A stretch of DNA of 64,000 nucleotides from an uncultured Burkholderiales bacterium (GCA_964523885.1 CAZFYX010000038.1:255-64254), one strand, 5' to 3'. Positions 44,502 to 54,904 are shown, numbered from the stretch's first letter. Notes: generated by a model not told the origin, from the sequence alone. Made by a program: numbers and translations.

Positions 44502-45368
44502 GTGAAGTTCACGCTGACCGTCGTCGTGCCGCTGCTGGTGATCTTCACCATGTTCGTGGTCGGCCTGAACCTGACGCGCGAGGCCTTCGTCGCGCTGAAG
44601 CAGCACCCGCGCGCGGCGCTGCTCGGGCTGCTGGGCCAGTGGCTGCTGCCGCCGGTCGTGGCCGTGCTGGTCGCGCGCGCGCTGGCGTTGCCCCCGGTGC
44701 TGACCACCGGGCTCATCCTGGCTGCAGCCGCGCCGGTCGGGGTCATGTCCAACTACTACGCGCTGGTCGCACGCGCCAACGTGGCCCTCGCGGTGACGCT
44801 GACCGCGGTGTCGAGCGTGGCTTCGGCCCTGTCCGCACCCCTGGCCGCCTCGCTGGGCTATGCGCTGGCGCTCGGGCAGGATGCGCCGTTCGACCTGCCG
44901 ACTGCGCAGGTGCTCAAGCAGACCATCATCGGGCTGCTTCTGCCGGTGGTGGTGGGCATGGCCGTGCGGCGGTATGCGACCGCGTGGGTGCTGAAGCACG
45001 AACGCACGCTCGAGCGGCTCGCGCTCGTGGCCGTGGCGCTGCTGGTCGCCTTCATCGTCTCCGACCAGATCGAGCTGATCCGCACGCAGTTCTGGCTGCT
45101 GCTGCTGACCTGCGCGCTGTTCACCGCGCTGATGCTCGCGGCGGGGTGGATCGCCGGCCGGATCGCCTCCCGGGAGGCGGCCGACCGTTGCGCCATGCTG
45201 TTCGGGTTTCCTGCACGCAACATGGGCGTGGCCATGCTGATCGGCGTGGCAGCGTTCGGTCGCCTCGACATCGCGGCATTCGCGGCGGTGTTCTTCCTCG
45301 TGCAGGTTGCCGTGCTGCTGCCGCTGGCCGCGTCGATGGCGCGCCGCACGCCCACCCCGTCCGCCTAG
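44502..45368 (+). CDS. Bile acid:sodium symporter (BASS/SBF-like) family transporter
   Basis: GTG at 44502 with AGGAG 7 nt upstream. The protein is a 288-aa polytopic membrane protein with a BASS-like pattern (GLNLTREAF...LILAAAAPVGVMSN...FGFPARNMGVAM). Confidence 0.65.
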   Translation: MKFTLTVVVPLLVIFTMFVVGLNLTREAFVALKQHPRAALLGLLGQWLLPPVVAVLVARALALPPVLTTGLILAAAAPVGVMSNYYALVARANVALAVTLTAVSSVASALSAPLAASLGYALALGQDAPFDLPTAQVLKQTIIGLLLPVVVGMAVRRYATAWVLKHERTLERLALVAVALLVAFIVSDQIELIRTQFWLLLLTCALFTALMLAAGWIAGRIASREAADRCAMLFGFPARNMGVAMLIGVAAFGRLDIAAFAAVFFLVQVAVLLPLAASMARRTPTPSA

Positions 45369-46432
45369 CCGCGATTGCCGATCTGCACCCGCCACTTCGC
45401 GGGCGTGGTCCCGTTCCAGCGCCGGAACGCGCGCACGAACGTGCTGGTGTCCGCATAGCCCGTCGCGAGCGCGACGTCGTCCAGTCCGACGCTGGTGTCG
45501 CGCAGCAGCTGGCCGGCGACCTCCTGCCGCACCTGGTCGAGGAGCGCCTGGAACGTCGTGCCCTGCGCCTTCAGGCGCCGGTTCAGCGTGCGCCGGTGCA
45601 GGCTGAGTTCCTGCGCGACATCGTCGCCCGAGCTGTTTCCGTGCAGCAGCAGCAGGCGCAACGCCCGTCGCAGGCTGTGGATCAGGTGAGGTGCAGTGGC
45701 CGCTTCGAGCCTGGCCAGGAGCACCCGGTGCATTGCGGGATCCGCGCCGGGGATCGGCTGATCGAGCAGCGTGCGGGGCAGATGCAATGCGGTGTAGAGT
45801 CGGTTGAAGCGCAGCGGGGCGCCGAAGAACTTCCGGTACGGCTCGATGTCGGCCGGCTCGGAGCGGGCCACGCTGACCTCGCGCAGCCGGCATGGCGCCT
45901 GGAGCAGGTCGCCGAGCAGCCGGTAGCCGATCGCCATCACGATGTCGTAGATCTGCGGCACGCCCTCGACGCCCGACTCGTAGATCGCGTAGCCCATCAC
46001 GGCGCCATCGGCGCGTTCGATCACGAAGGCGGTGCCACCATCGCTGTTGAGGCGCTGGTATATGCTCAGCATGCGAACGGCGTCACCGACCGTTTCGCAA
46101 TGCCGCATCACCTGGCCCGTCGGGCCGAGGCTCTCGGGTGTCCACTCCGCCCCAACCAGCAGGCCGAAGTGGGGCAGGCCGGTTGCGCGCGCGGCCTCTG
46201 CCAGCATGCGGCCGATCGCGCGGTATGGAATACGCGCCTCGACGTCGTCCAGGACGTCGGCCGCCAGGCCGGCATGGGCGAGCACCGCAGCGGGGTCGGC
46301 ACCGTTCTCGCGCAGGAGCCGCGGGATGCGAGCCAGGGCGCCGACGCGTTGCGTGGCCGGAGTGTGGGGCGGCAGGATGTCATGGGGTGCGCCGCTGCCG
46401 TTACCGGGCAAGGCGTTCGAAGCGAATCCCAT
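45365..46432 (-). CDS. AraC-family transcriptional regulator (OruR/ArgR-like N-terminal sensing domain)
   Basis: C-terminal double HTH (GDDVAQELSLHRRTLNRRLKAQGTTF...VALATGYADTSTFVRAFRRWNGTTP). Confidence 0.85.
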   Translation of the reverse strand: MGFASNALPGNGSGAPHDILPPHTPATQRVGALARIPRLLRENGADPAAVLAHAGLAADVLDDVEARIPYRAIGRMLAEAARATGLPHFGLLVGAEWTPESLGPTGQVMRHCETVGDAVRMLSIYQRLNSDGGTAFVIERADGAVMGYAIYESGVEGVPQIYDIVMAIGYRLLGDLLQAPCRLREVSVARSEPADIEPYRKFFGAPLRFNRLYTALHLPRTLLDQPIPGADPAMHRVLLARLEAATAPHLIHSLRRALRLLLLHGNSSGDDVAQELSLHRRTLNRRLKAQGTTFQALLDQVRQEVAGQLLRDTSVGLDDVALATGYADTSTFVRAFRRWNGTTPAKWRVQIGNRG

Positions 46433-46709
46433 ACGGTTGCTGTTGGTGCGCTATGCATGCCTGCATGTGTGCCAATGGCATGCACTGACCCGTCCACCCG
46501 GCTGCCGCCCCTGTCGCAGTTGCCGGATGCCATGCAGTGCGTCCAGAATAGCACGTGCCGGCATGCGACGATCGCGGCAGATGGTCGCAGTTCCGGGTCG
46601 GCCGGCGGTTCTTTCCGGTCACCGTCAAGCGGTCGGGCTGCTTCCGGCGCCGGATCAGGGCCGCGGGCGCCAACATCACGAACAAGGTCCCAGACCCGCG
46701 TCCGTCCAC

Positions 46710-47384
46710 ATGCGCGAAATTGTCTTCCTGGTCGACGTCGACAACACGCTGCTCGACAACGATCGCATCCAGAACGACATCCAGGACCAGCTCGAGCACG
46801 AGTACGGACCGGAGTGCCGCGACCGCTACTGGACCATCCAGGAGCGGTTGATGGACCAACTGGGCTACCGCGACTACCTGGGCGCCCTCAACCTGTGCCG
46901 GGACGAGCGGCCCAACGACGTCGACCTGCTGCGCATGTCCTCGTTCCTGCTCGACTACCCGTTCGCCGAGCGGCTCTACCCGGGCGCCCTGGACGTGCTG
47001 GCCCGGTTTCGCCAGTGGGGGCCGGCGGTGGTCCTGTCCGACGGTGACATGGTGTTCCAGCCGCGCAAGGTGGAGCGCGCCGGCATCGTACCGGCCGTGG
47101 GCGGGGACGTGCTCATCTACATCCACAAGGAGCAGGCGCTCGACGACATCGAGCGCCGCTATCCCGCCCAGCGCTACGTGCTGGTCGACGACAAGCTGCG
47201 CATCCTGGCTGCCGTCAAGGCCGCCTGGGGCGACCGGGTGACGACGGTGTTCGTCCGCCAGGGCAAGTTCGCCCTCGACCCGGCGATCGTGGAAGCCTGC
47301 CCGCCGGCCGACCTCGCGGTGGACCGCATTGCCCAGTTGCTCGAACTTCCCAAGCCGGCGTTGACCGGGAAAGGTGCCCGATGA
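46710..47384 (+). CDS. HAD-superfamily hydrolase
   Basis: Motif I is VDVDNTLLDN (DxDxT), with a downstream SDGD and VDDK. The stop overlaps the next start (ATGA). Confidence 0.7.
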   Translation: MREIVFLVDVDNTLLDNDRIQNDIQDQLEHEYGPECRDRYWTIQERLMDQLGYRDYLGALNLCRDERPNDVDLLRMSSFLLDYPFAERLYPGALDVLARFRQWGPAVVLSDGDMVFQPRKVERAGIVPAVGGDVLIYIHKEQALDDIERRYPAQRYVLVDDKLRILAAVKAAWGDRVTTVFVRQGKFALDPAIVEACPPADLAVDRIAQLLELPKPALTGKGAR

Positions 47385-48082
47385 AGATCCTGGCCGTCGA
47401 TGTGGGCGGTACGCACGTGAAGATCCTGGCGACCGGCCAGAAGGAGCGCAGGGAATTCGCCTCCGGCCCGACGCTGACTGCCCGGCAGATGGTGGCGCAG
47501 GTAAAGCGGCTCGCGAAGGGCTGGGATTACGACCATGTGACAGTGGGCTATCCGGGCCCCGTGCTGCGCAACCGTCCGATGGCCGAGCCGCACAACCTCG
47601 GCAAGGGCTGGGAGCACTTCGACTTCGAGAAAGCCTTCGGGCGACCCACCCGGGTCATGAACGACGCCGCCATGCAGGCGCTGGGCAGCTACCGGGGCGG
47701 CAAGATGCTGTTTCTCGGCCTGGGCACGGGCCTGGGCTCGACCCTGATCGTGGACGGCATCGTCGAGCCCATGGAGCTTGGGCACCTGCCCTATCGCAAG
47801 GCGACCTATGAGGACTACGTCGGCCTGCATGGCCTCGAGAAGCGCGGCAGGAAGAAATGGCGCCAGCACGTGGCCGATGTCATCGAGCGTCTGGTCGCGG
47901 CACTCGAGCCCGACGAGGTGGTGCTCGGGGGCGGGAATGCCCGCCTGCTGGACGGCTTGCCGAAGGGCTGCCGCGTGGGCGACAACTCGAACGCGTTCCT
48001 GGGCGGCTTCCGCGCATGGCAGGACAACTTGCCGGCGCGAAGGCGTACGCGAGCCGCCACGCGCAAGCGGACCGGAACATAA
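47381..48082 (+). CDS. ROK-family sugar kinase (glucokinase-like, short form)
   Basis: MKILAVDVGGTHVKI phosphate-1 motif, VMNDAAMQALG, and GLGTGLGSTLIVDG. 233 aa. Confidence 0.7.
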   Translation: MKILAVDVGGTHVKILATGQKERREFASGPTLTARQMVAQVKRLAKGWDYDHVTVGYPGPVLRNRPMAEPHNLGKGWEHFDFEKAFGRPTRVMNDAAMQALGSYRGGKMLFLGLGTGLGSTLIVDGIVEPMELGHLPYRKATYEDYVGLHGLEKRGRKKWRQHVADVIERLVAALEPDEVVLGGGNARLLDGLPKGCRVGDNSNAFLGGFRAWQDNLPARRRTRAATRKRTGT

Positions 48083-48133
48083 TGCCGGATTGCCCCGGCA
48101 GCGGGCCGGGTGGGGATCGACGAGGAGCAAGCG

Positions 48134-49153
48134 ATGCAACTGGGCATGATCGGTTTGGGCAGGATGGGCGCCAACATGGTGCGGCGGCTCATCCGCGGCG
48201 GGCACGAGTGCGTGGTGTTCGACATGTCGCCGAAGGCGGTCGAGGAACTGGTGCGCGAGAAGGCCGTGGGTGCCACCTCGCTGCAGGACTTCATCGGCAA
48301 GCTGCAGAAGCCCCGTGCGGTGTGGCTCATGGTGCCGGCGGCCGTGGTGGACAAGAGCATCGCGGACCTGTTGCCGCTGCTCGACCGGGGCGACATCCTG
48401 ATCGACGGCGGTAACTCGTACTACGTCGATGACATCCGCCGCGCCAAGGAACTGGCGGCGAAGGGCATCCACTATGTGGACGTGGGCACGAGCGGCGGGG
48501 TGTGGGGACTGGAGCGCGGCTACTGCATGATGATCGGCGGCGAGGACGCGGTCGTGAAGCGGCTCGATCCGATCTTCTCGCGGCTCGCCCCGGGCATCGG
48601 CGACATCGAGCGCACGCCAGGGCGTGACCAGGCCGGCGGCACGGCCGAGCAGGGCTACCTGCACTGCGGGCCGAATGGCGCGGGCCACTTCGTCAAGATG
48701 GTCCACAACGGGATCGAGTACGGAATCATGGCGGCCTACGCCGAGGGCCTGGGCATCCTCGCGTCCGCCAACGTCGGCAAGCGGTCGCACGAGGTGGATG
48801 CGGAGACCACGCCGCTGCGCGAGCCCGAGCACTACCAGTACGACCTGAACCTGCCCGACATCGCCGAGGTGTGGCGACGCGGCAGCGTGATCGCATCGTG
48901 GCTGCTGGACCTCACCGCTGGTGCGCTGTTCGCCGATCCGAAGCTGGCGAAGTTCGCCGGCCGCGTCTCCGATTCCGGCGAGGGCCGCTGGACCATCAAG
49001 GCGGCGATCGACGAAGCCGTGCCCGCACCGGTGCTGACTGCCGCGCTGTACGCGCGCTTCAGCTCGCGCGGCGAGGCCGAGTTCCAGAACAAGGTGCTGT
49101 CCGCCATGCGCTTCGGCTTCGGCGGCCACCTCGAGAAGCCGGAAGGCAAGTGA
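48134..49153 (+). CDS. gnd: 6-phosphogluconate dehydrogenase (decarboxylating), short GndA/YqeC-like form
   Basis: [19 protein letters not shown] Rossmann motif, GGNSYYVDD, and [29 protein letters not shown]. Confidence 0.85.
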   Translation: MQLGMIGLGRMGANMVRRLIRGGHECVVFDMSPKAVEELVREKAVGATSLQDFIGKLQKPRAVWLMVPAAVVDKSIADLLPLLDRGDILIDGGNSYYVDDIRRAKELAAKGIHYVDVGTSGGVWGLERGYCMMIGGEDAVVKRLDPIFSRLAPGIGDIERTPGRDQAGGTAEQGYLHCGPNGAGHFVKMVHNGIEYGIMAAYAEGLGILASANVGKRSHEVDAETTPLREPEHYQYDLNLPDIAEVWRRGSVIASWLLDLTAGALFADPKLAKFAGRVSDSGEGRWTIKAAIDEAVPAPVLTAALYARFSSRGEAEFQNKVLSAMRFGFGGHLEKPEGK

Positions 49154-49184
49154 CCGCGCACGCCCGCGAACAGGCAGCCCCACG

Positions 49185-50564
49185 ATGAGCGAGATCCAAT
49201 CCGACGCCCTGGTGTTCTTCGGCGCCACCGGCGACCTGGCCTACAAGAAGATCTTCCCGGCGCTGCAGGCGATGTTGAAGCGCGGCCACCTGCAGGTGCC
49301 GGTGATCGGCGTGGCCAAGGCCGGCTGGAATCTCGATCAGCTCAAGGCGCGAGCGAAGGAGAGCCTGGAGAAGCATGGCGGCGGCGTCGACAGCGCCGCC
49401 TTCGAGAAGCTGTGCAGCCAGCTGCGCTACGTGGACGGCGACTACAGCGACGCGGCGACATTCCAGGCGATCCGCAAGGAGCTGGGCAACGCGCAGCACC
49501 CGGCGCACTACCTTGCAATCCCGCCGGTGCTGTTCGGCACGGTGGTCGAGCAGCTGGCGAAGGCGGGCTGTGCGCAGGGCGCACGGGTCGTCGTGGAGAA
49601 GCCGTTCGGCACCGACGCCAGGTCGGCGCGGGGACTGAACAAGATCCTGTTCAGCTGCTTCGACGAGAAGTCGATCTTCCGCATCGACCACTACCTGGGC
49701 AAGCGGCCGGTGCACAACATGATGTTCGTGCGCTTCGCCAACGCGTTCCTGGAGACGTTCTGGAACCGCACCCATGTGGAGAGCGTGCAGATCACGATGG
49801 CGGAGAACTTCGGCATCCAGGGCCGGGGCGCGTTCTACGACCAGACCGGCACCATCCGCGACGTGATCCAGAACCACCTGTTCCAGGTGCTCTCGAACCT
49901 CGCGATGGAGCCGCCGGTGCACACCGACAGCGAGTCGATTCGCGACGAGAAGGTCAAGGTGCTCAAGGCCATCGGCACGCTGGAGCCGCACGACATCGTC
50001 CGCGGCCAGTTCCGCGGCTTCCGCAGCGAGCCCGGCGTGAAGCCGGATTCGCAGACCGAGACCTTCGCGGCGGTGCGGCTGGGCATCCACTCCTGGCGCT
50101 GGCAGGGCGTGCCGTTCTACATCCGCGCGGGCAAGTCGCTGCCGGTGACCTGCACCGAGGTGATGGTGCGCCTGCGCAAGCCGCCACAGGTGTTCGAAGG
50201 CTGCCGGCCCGTTTCGAACTACATGCGCTTCCGCATCAACCCGCAGACCGAGCTGGCGTTCGGCCTCACCGCGATGGATCCCGACGAGAAGATGGTCGGG
50301 GCGCAGGGGGAGATGCTCGCCAGTCGCCATCCGGGCCCGAACGAGATGGATGCCTACGAGCGCGTGCTCGGCGATGCGATGGCTGGCGACGCGACCCTGT
50401 TCGCGCGCGAGGACTACGTCGAGGAGGCGTGGCGCATCGTCGATCCGGTGCTCAAGGCCGCCACGCCCGTTCACGAGTACGAACCCGGCACCTGGGGTCC
50501 GGCGCAGGCGGAGCAGAAGCTCGCCCCGGCCGGCGGCTGGAACAACCCGGCCGTCCCGCAGTAG
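49185..50564 (+). CDS. zwf: Glucose-6-phosphate 1-dehydrogenase
   Basis: FFGATGDLAYKKIFPAL and the active-site RIDHYLGK. Confidence 0.93.
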   Translation: MSEIQSDALVFFGATGDLAYKKIFPALQAMLKRGHLQVPVIGVAKAGWNLDQLKARAKESLEKHGGGVDSAAFEKLCSQLRYVDGDYSDAATFQAIRKELGNAQHPAHYLAIPPVLFGTVVEQLAKAGCAQGARVVVEKPFGTDARSARGLNKILFSCFDEKSIFRIDHYLGKRPVHNMMFVRFANAFLETFWNRTHVESVQITMAENFGIQGRGAFYDQTGTIRDVIQNHLFQVLSNLAMEPPVHTDSESIRDEKVKVLKAIGTLEPHDIVRGQFRGFRSEPGVKPDSQTETFAAVRLGIHSWRWQGVPFYIRAGKSLPVTCTEVMVRLRKPPQVFEGCRPVSNYMRFRINPQTELAFGLTAMDPDEKMVGAQGEMLASRHPGPNEMDAYERVLGDAMAGDATLFAREDYVEEAWRIVDPVLKAATPVHEYEPGTWGPAQAEQKLAPAGGWNNPAVPQ

Positions 50565-50574
50565 CGCCGGCTCG

Positions 50575-51264
50575 ATGAAGATCGAGGTCCTGGACGACGC
50601 GGATGCGGTGGCGGAAGAGGCCGCAGCGATCATCGCCACCGACGCGCGCATTGCGGTGGCGGTGCGGGGCCGCTTCGTGGTGGCCGTCAGCGGCGGCCGT
50701 ACGCCGTGGGCGATGCTGCGCGCGCTCGCGCAGATGCAGATGCCGTGGGAGGACATCCACGTGCTGCAGGTCGACGAGCGCGTTGCGCCCGCCGGCGATC
50801 CCGATCGCAACCTGACCCATCTGCGCGAGAGCCTGCAGGATGCGCCGCTGCGGGCAGGGAACCTGCACCCCATGCCCGTGAATGCCGAGGATCTCGACGC
50901 GGCTGCCGCCGCGTATGCCTACACCCTGCACGAAGTCGCCGGCATGCCGGCCGTGCTCGACCTCGTGCACCTTGGCCTCGGGCCCGACGGGCACACCGCG
51001 TCGCTGGTCCCGGGCGATGCATCGCTCGACGTGACCGACCGTGCGGTCACGCTGGCGGGACCGTACCAGGGACGCCGCCGCATGACGCTCACCTATCCCG
51101 TGATCGACCACGCGCGACGCATCCTCTGTGTGGTGACCGGCGAGGAGAAGGCCGGCATGCTGCGCCGGCTGCGCGATGGCGACCGCACCATCCCGGCCGG
51201 GCGGGTGCGTACGCACCGCGCGCTGGTGCTGGCGGACAAGGCTGCTGCTGCAGGGCTGAAGTAG
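50575..51264 (+). CDS. pgl: 6-phosphogluconolactonase
   Basis: VAVSGGRTP, DERVAP, LGLGPDGHTASL. Confidence 0.88.
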   Translation: MKIEVLDDADAVAEEAAAIIATDARIAVAVRGRFVVAVSGGRTPWAMLRALAQMQMPWEDIHVLQVDERVAPAGDPDRNLTHLRESLQDAPLRAGNLHPMPVNAEDLDAAAAAYAYTLHEVAGMPAVLDLVHLGLGPDGHTASLVPGDASLDVTDRAVTLAGPYQGRRRMTLTYPVIDHARRILCVVTGEEKAGMLRRLRDGDRTIPAGRVRTHRALVLADKAAAAGLK

Positions 51265-51275
51265 AGACAGTCCAG

Positions 51276-53405
51276 ATGGCTCGCGCACGTGCCCAAGGCA
51301 AGCGTCCGGCGACGGCTGGCCCCGTGAACCCCGGGCGCAGCTTTCCGCTCGGTGCCACGGTGGACGGCGACGGCACCAACTTCAGCGTCTTCTCCAAGCA
51401 TGCGACCGCGGTGCAGCTGCTGCTCTTCGACGCCGTCGACGCCGGCGCGCCCGCGCGGGTCATCGATCTCGATCCGCGCATCCACCGCACCTATCATTAC
51501 TGGCACGCGTTCGTGCCCGGCGTGTCGGCAGGGCAGCTGTATGGCTATCGCGTGCACGGACCGTCGGATCCGGGCGCGGGAATGCGCTTCGATCCCGACA
51601 AGCTGCTCATCGATCCCTACGGCAGGTGCATCGCCCGCCCGGCGCACCGCGACCGCCTCGCCGCATGCCGTCCGGGCGACAACGCGGCGGTGGCCCACAA
51701 GAGCGTGGTGGCCGACACCAGCCGTTACGACTGGGAAGACGACCAGCCGCTGCGCCGCCCGTTCTCGCGCACGGTCATCTACGAGATGCATGTCGGCGCC
51801 TTCACGAGGCATCCCAACTCGGGCGTGGTGCCGGACCGCCGCGGCACCTTCGCCGGGCTGGTGGACAAGATCCCCTACTTGCAGGCGCTGGGCATCAGCG
51901 CGGTCGAGCTGCTGCCGGTGTTCGCGTTCGACGAGCAGACTGCGCCGCCCGGGCTGACCAACGTCTGGGGCTACCAGCCGCTCTCGTTCTTCGCCCTGCA
52001 TCCCGGCTATGCCACGGGCGGGGCGCCGCTGGCAGTGCTCGACGAGTTCCGCGACATGGTGAAGGCGCTGCATCGCGCCGGCATCGAGGTGCTGCTCGAC
52101 GTGGTCTACAACCACACCGCGGAGGGCGGCACGGAGGGCGCGACGCTGTCGCTGCGCGGGCTGGCCAACGACACCTATTACCTTCTGGACGAGGATCGGG
52201 CCACCTACCTCGACTACAGCGGCTGCGGCAACACGCTCAACGCCAACGAGCCGATCGTGCGCCGGATGATCCTCGACAGCCTGCGCTACTGGGTGAGCGA
52301 GATGCACGTCGACGGCTTCCGCTTCGACCTCGCCTCGATCCTCTCGCGCGACCAGCAGGGCCGGCCCATGGCGGCGCCGCCGGTGCTGTGGGACATCGAG
52401 TCCGACCCGGTGCTATGCAACGTCAAGCTGATCGCGGAGGCCTGGGACGCGGTCGGCCTCTACCAGGTCGGCTCGTTCGCGGGCGACAGCTGGAAGGAGT
52501 GGAATGGCCGCTTCCGCGACGACGTGCGTGCCTTTCTCAAGGGCGATGCGGATACCGCGCGTGCGCTGGCCTACCGCCTCACCGGCAGCCCGGACGTCTA
52601 CGAGCACGAAGCGCGCGAGCCGGAGCAGAGCATCAACTTCGTGGCCTGCCACGACGGCTTCACGCTCAACGACGTGGTGTCGTACAACGGCAAGCACAAC
52701 GAAGCCAACGGCGATGCCAACCGCGACGGCGCCGACGACAACCGCAGCTGGAACTGCGGTGTGGAGGGCGAGAGCGACGATCCCGAGGTGGAGCGCCTGC
52801 GCAACCGGCAGGTGAAGAACTTTCTCGCGCTCACCCTGCTCGCGACCGGCACCCCGATGCTGCTGATGGGCGACGAGGTGCGCCGCACGCAGCACGGCAA
52901 CAACAACGCGTACTGCCAGGACAACGAGAGCGCCTGGTTCGACTGGTCGCTGCTCGACCGGCACGCCGACATCCTGCGCTTCACCCGGGGGCTCATTGCG
53001 GTGCGCATGGCGCGCGATCTGCCGGCGGAGCGCACAGGCATGACGTTGAACGAACTGCTGCGCCGGCAACCGGTAAGCTGGCACGGCGTTCGGCTCGGGC
53101 AGCCCGATTGGGAGCGCGATTCGCACAGCCTGGCCGGATGCGTGGCGGCGCTGGGCGGCGGTCTCGTGCTGCACGTGATTGCCAACGCCTACTGGGAGCC
53201 GCTCGACTTCGAGCTGCCGGCGGTGCCCGAAGGCTACCAGCCGTGGCGCCGGGCAATGGACACCGCTCTCGAGCCGCCACTCGACATCGCGGCCTACGTG
53301 CAGGCCGAGGAAGTTCAGGGAGGCTCCTACCGCGCGCAGCCGCGCGCGGTGGTCGTGCTCGTTTCGCGCCAGCAAGGCACATTGCGCCAGATCAATGGTG
53401 CGTGA
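51276..53405 (+). CDS. glgX: Glycogen debranching enzyme (GH13, GlgX type)
   Basis: N-terminal FPLGATVDGDGTNFSVFSKHA, then YWGYQP-type VWGYQPLSFF, DVVYNHT, GFRFDLASIL, EAWD and FVACHDGFTLND. Confidence 0.92.
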   Translation: MARARAQGKRPATAGPVNPGRSFPLGATVDGDGTNFSVFSKHATAVQLLLFDAVDAGAPARVIDLDPRIHRTYHYWHAFVPGVSAGQLYGYRVHGPSDPGAGMRFDPDKLLIDPYGRCIARPAHRDRLAACRPGDNAAVAHKSVVADTSRYDWEDDQPLRRPFSRTVIYEMHVGAFTRHPNSGVVPDRRGTFAGLVDKIPYLQALGISAVELLPVFAFDEQTAPPGLTNVWGYQPLSFFALHPGYATGGAPLAVLDEFRDMVKALHRAGIEVLLDVVYNHTAEGGTEGATLSLRGLANDTYYLLDEDRATYLDYSGCGNTLNANEPIVRRMILDSLRYWVSEMHVDGFRFDLASILSRDQQGRPMAAPPVLWDIESDPVLCNVKLIAEAWDAVGLYQVGSFAGDSWKEWNGRFRDDVRAFLKGDADTARALAYRLTGSPDVYEHEAREPEQSINFVACHDGFTLNDVVSYNGKHNEANGDANRDGADDNRSWNCGVEGESDDPEVERLRNRQVKNFLALTLLATGTPMLLMGDEVRRTQHGNNNAYCQDNESAWFDWSLLDRHADILRFTRGLIAVRMARDLPAERTGMTLNELLRRQPVSWHGVRLGQPDWERDSHSLAGCVAALGGGLVLHVIANAYWEPLDFELPAVPEGYQPWRRAMDTALEPPLDIAAYVQAEEVQGGSYRAQPRAVVVLVSRQQGTLRQINGA

Positions 53406-53476
53406 TGAGCCGTCGCTATGATCAACCCCTCGCTTGCAGCAGCGCCGCGCGTGGGACGCATGAGAGGATGCAAGTC

Positions 53477-54724
53477 ATGAAGCAATGCGCAGTTGCAGCG
53501 ATCGCGCTGCTGGCCCTCGCCGCAGCGCCGGTGGGGGCGCAGACATCGGGTGGTGCCGCGGACCGGATCCAGCGCGGCGAGTACCTCGCGCGAGCCGGCG
53601 ACTGCATCTCGTGCCACACCCAGCCCGGCGGCGGCGCGCCCTATGCGGGCGGGTTGACGATGAAGACGCCCTACGGCGATCTGATCAGCCCCAACATCAC
53701 GCCGGACCTCCAGACCGGCATCGGCGCCTGGTCATCCGACGACTTCTACCGCGCGCTGCATGACGGCGTGGGAAAGAACGTGGGCGATCTCTATCCCGCG
53801 ATGCCCTACACCTTCTATACGAAGATCACGCGCGAAAACAGCGACGCGATCTACGCCTTCCTGCAGGCGCTGCCGCCGGTGCGCAACGTCGTGTACGCCG
53901 ACCTGCTGCGCTGGCCGTTCGACATCCGCATGTCGATGGCGTTCTGGCGCGAGCTCTACTTCGCCGAGGGCACCTTCCGGCCCGATGCGGCGCGCAGCGC
54001 GGAGTGGAACCGGGGCGCCTACCTGGTGGAGGGACTGGGCCACTGCAGCGCATGTCACTCGCCGCGCAACCGCCTCGGTGCGATCGAGCAGGACAAGGCC
54101 TTCACCGGTGCCACCATCGACGGTTGGTTCGCGCTCAACCTCACCTCCGAACTCAAGACCGGGCTGGGCAGCTGGAGCGTCGAGCAGATCGCCACCTACC
54201 TGAAGACCGGTGCATCGAAGCGCAAGTCCACCACGCTGGGCGACATGGCGGAAGTGGTGCACAACAGCCTGAGCTTCATGACCGATACCGACCTGCTCGC
54301 CATGGCGACCTACCTCAAGAGCATCCCCGCAAACACCTCCAGCGCGGGCGCCGGGCCGGTCGAGCGGGTGCCGCGCAAGGCCGCCAAGCTCTACCTGGAC
54401 AACTGCGGCGCGTGCCACCAGGCCAAGGGGCGGGGCATTCCCGGCACGTTCCCGCCGCTGGCCGCCAACGGCGTGGTGCTCGCGCCGGATCCGGCCAACA
54501 TCCTGATGGTGGTGCTCAAGGGCGTGCCGAGCCGCAACGGCTACATGGCGATGCCGAGCTTCGCCGGGCGGCTCAGCGACGAGCAGATTGCCGACATCGC
54601 CAATTACGTGCGCAGCAGCTGGGGCAACGGCGCGGCGGCGAACGTCACGCCGCAGATGGTGCAACGGCTGCGCGGGCAGTTGTCGGGCAATGCGAATGGG
54701 ACGCGGCTCGCACACACACGCTGA
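53477..54724 (+). CDS. Trihaem c-type cytochrome (dehydrogenase cytochrome-c-subunit type)
   Basis: Signal peptide and three CxxCH motifs (CISCH, CSACH, CGACH). The ATG at 53477 is preferred because the GAGAGGA spacing suits it; the ATG at 53468 is an alternative. Confidence 0.85.
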   Translation: MKQCAVAAIALLALAAAPVGAQTSGGAADRIQRGEYLARAGDCISCHTQPGGGAPYAGGLTMKTPYGDLISPNITPDLQTGIGAWSSDDFYRALHDGVGKNVGDLYPAMPYTFYTKITRENSDAIYAFLQALPPVRNVVYADLLRWPFDIRMSMAFWRELYFAEGTFRPDAARSAEWNRGAYLVEGLGHCSACHSPRNRLGAIEQDKAFTGATIDGWFALNLTSELKTGLGSWSVEQIATYLKTGASKRKSTTLGDMAEVVHNSLSFMTDTDLLAMATYLKSIPANTSSAGAGPVERVPRKAAKLYLDNCGACHQAKGRGIPGTFPPLAANGVVLAPDPANILMVVLKGVPSRNGYMAMPSFAGRLSDEQIADIANYVRSSWGNGAAANVTPQMVQRLRGQLSGNANGTRLAHTR

Positions 54725-54904
54725 ACGTCATCCCTTTGTGCTGCATGCGCACGTAGTGGTGGAAAGATTGCACATGCCACTTTAGTATTGAGGGTTGGCC
54801 CGGTCCGGGGCCCGCGTTGTATGCAATTCGCGACAGCAGCGTCGCTTTCCCGCCCGGCCACGGATGCTCCAACACCCAGACGAAAAGTACGGAGACCTGA
54901 ACCC

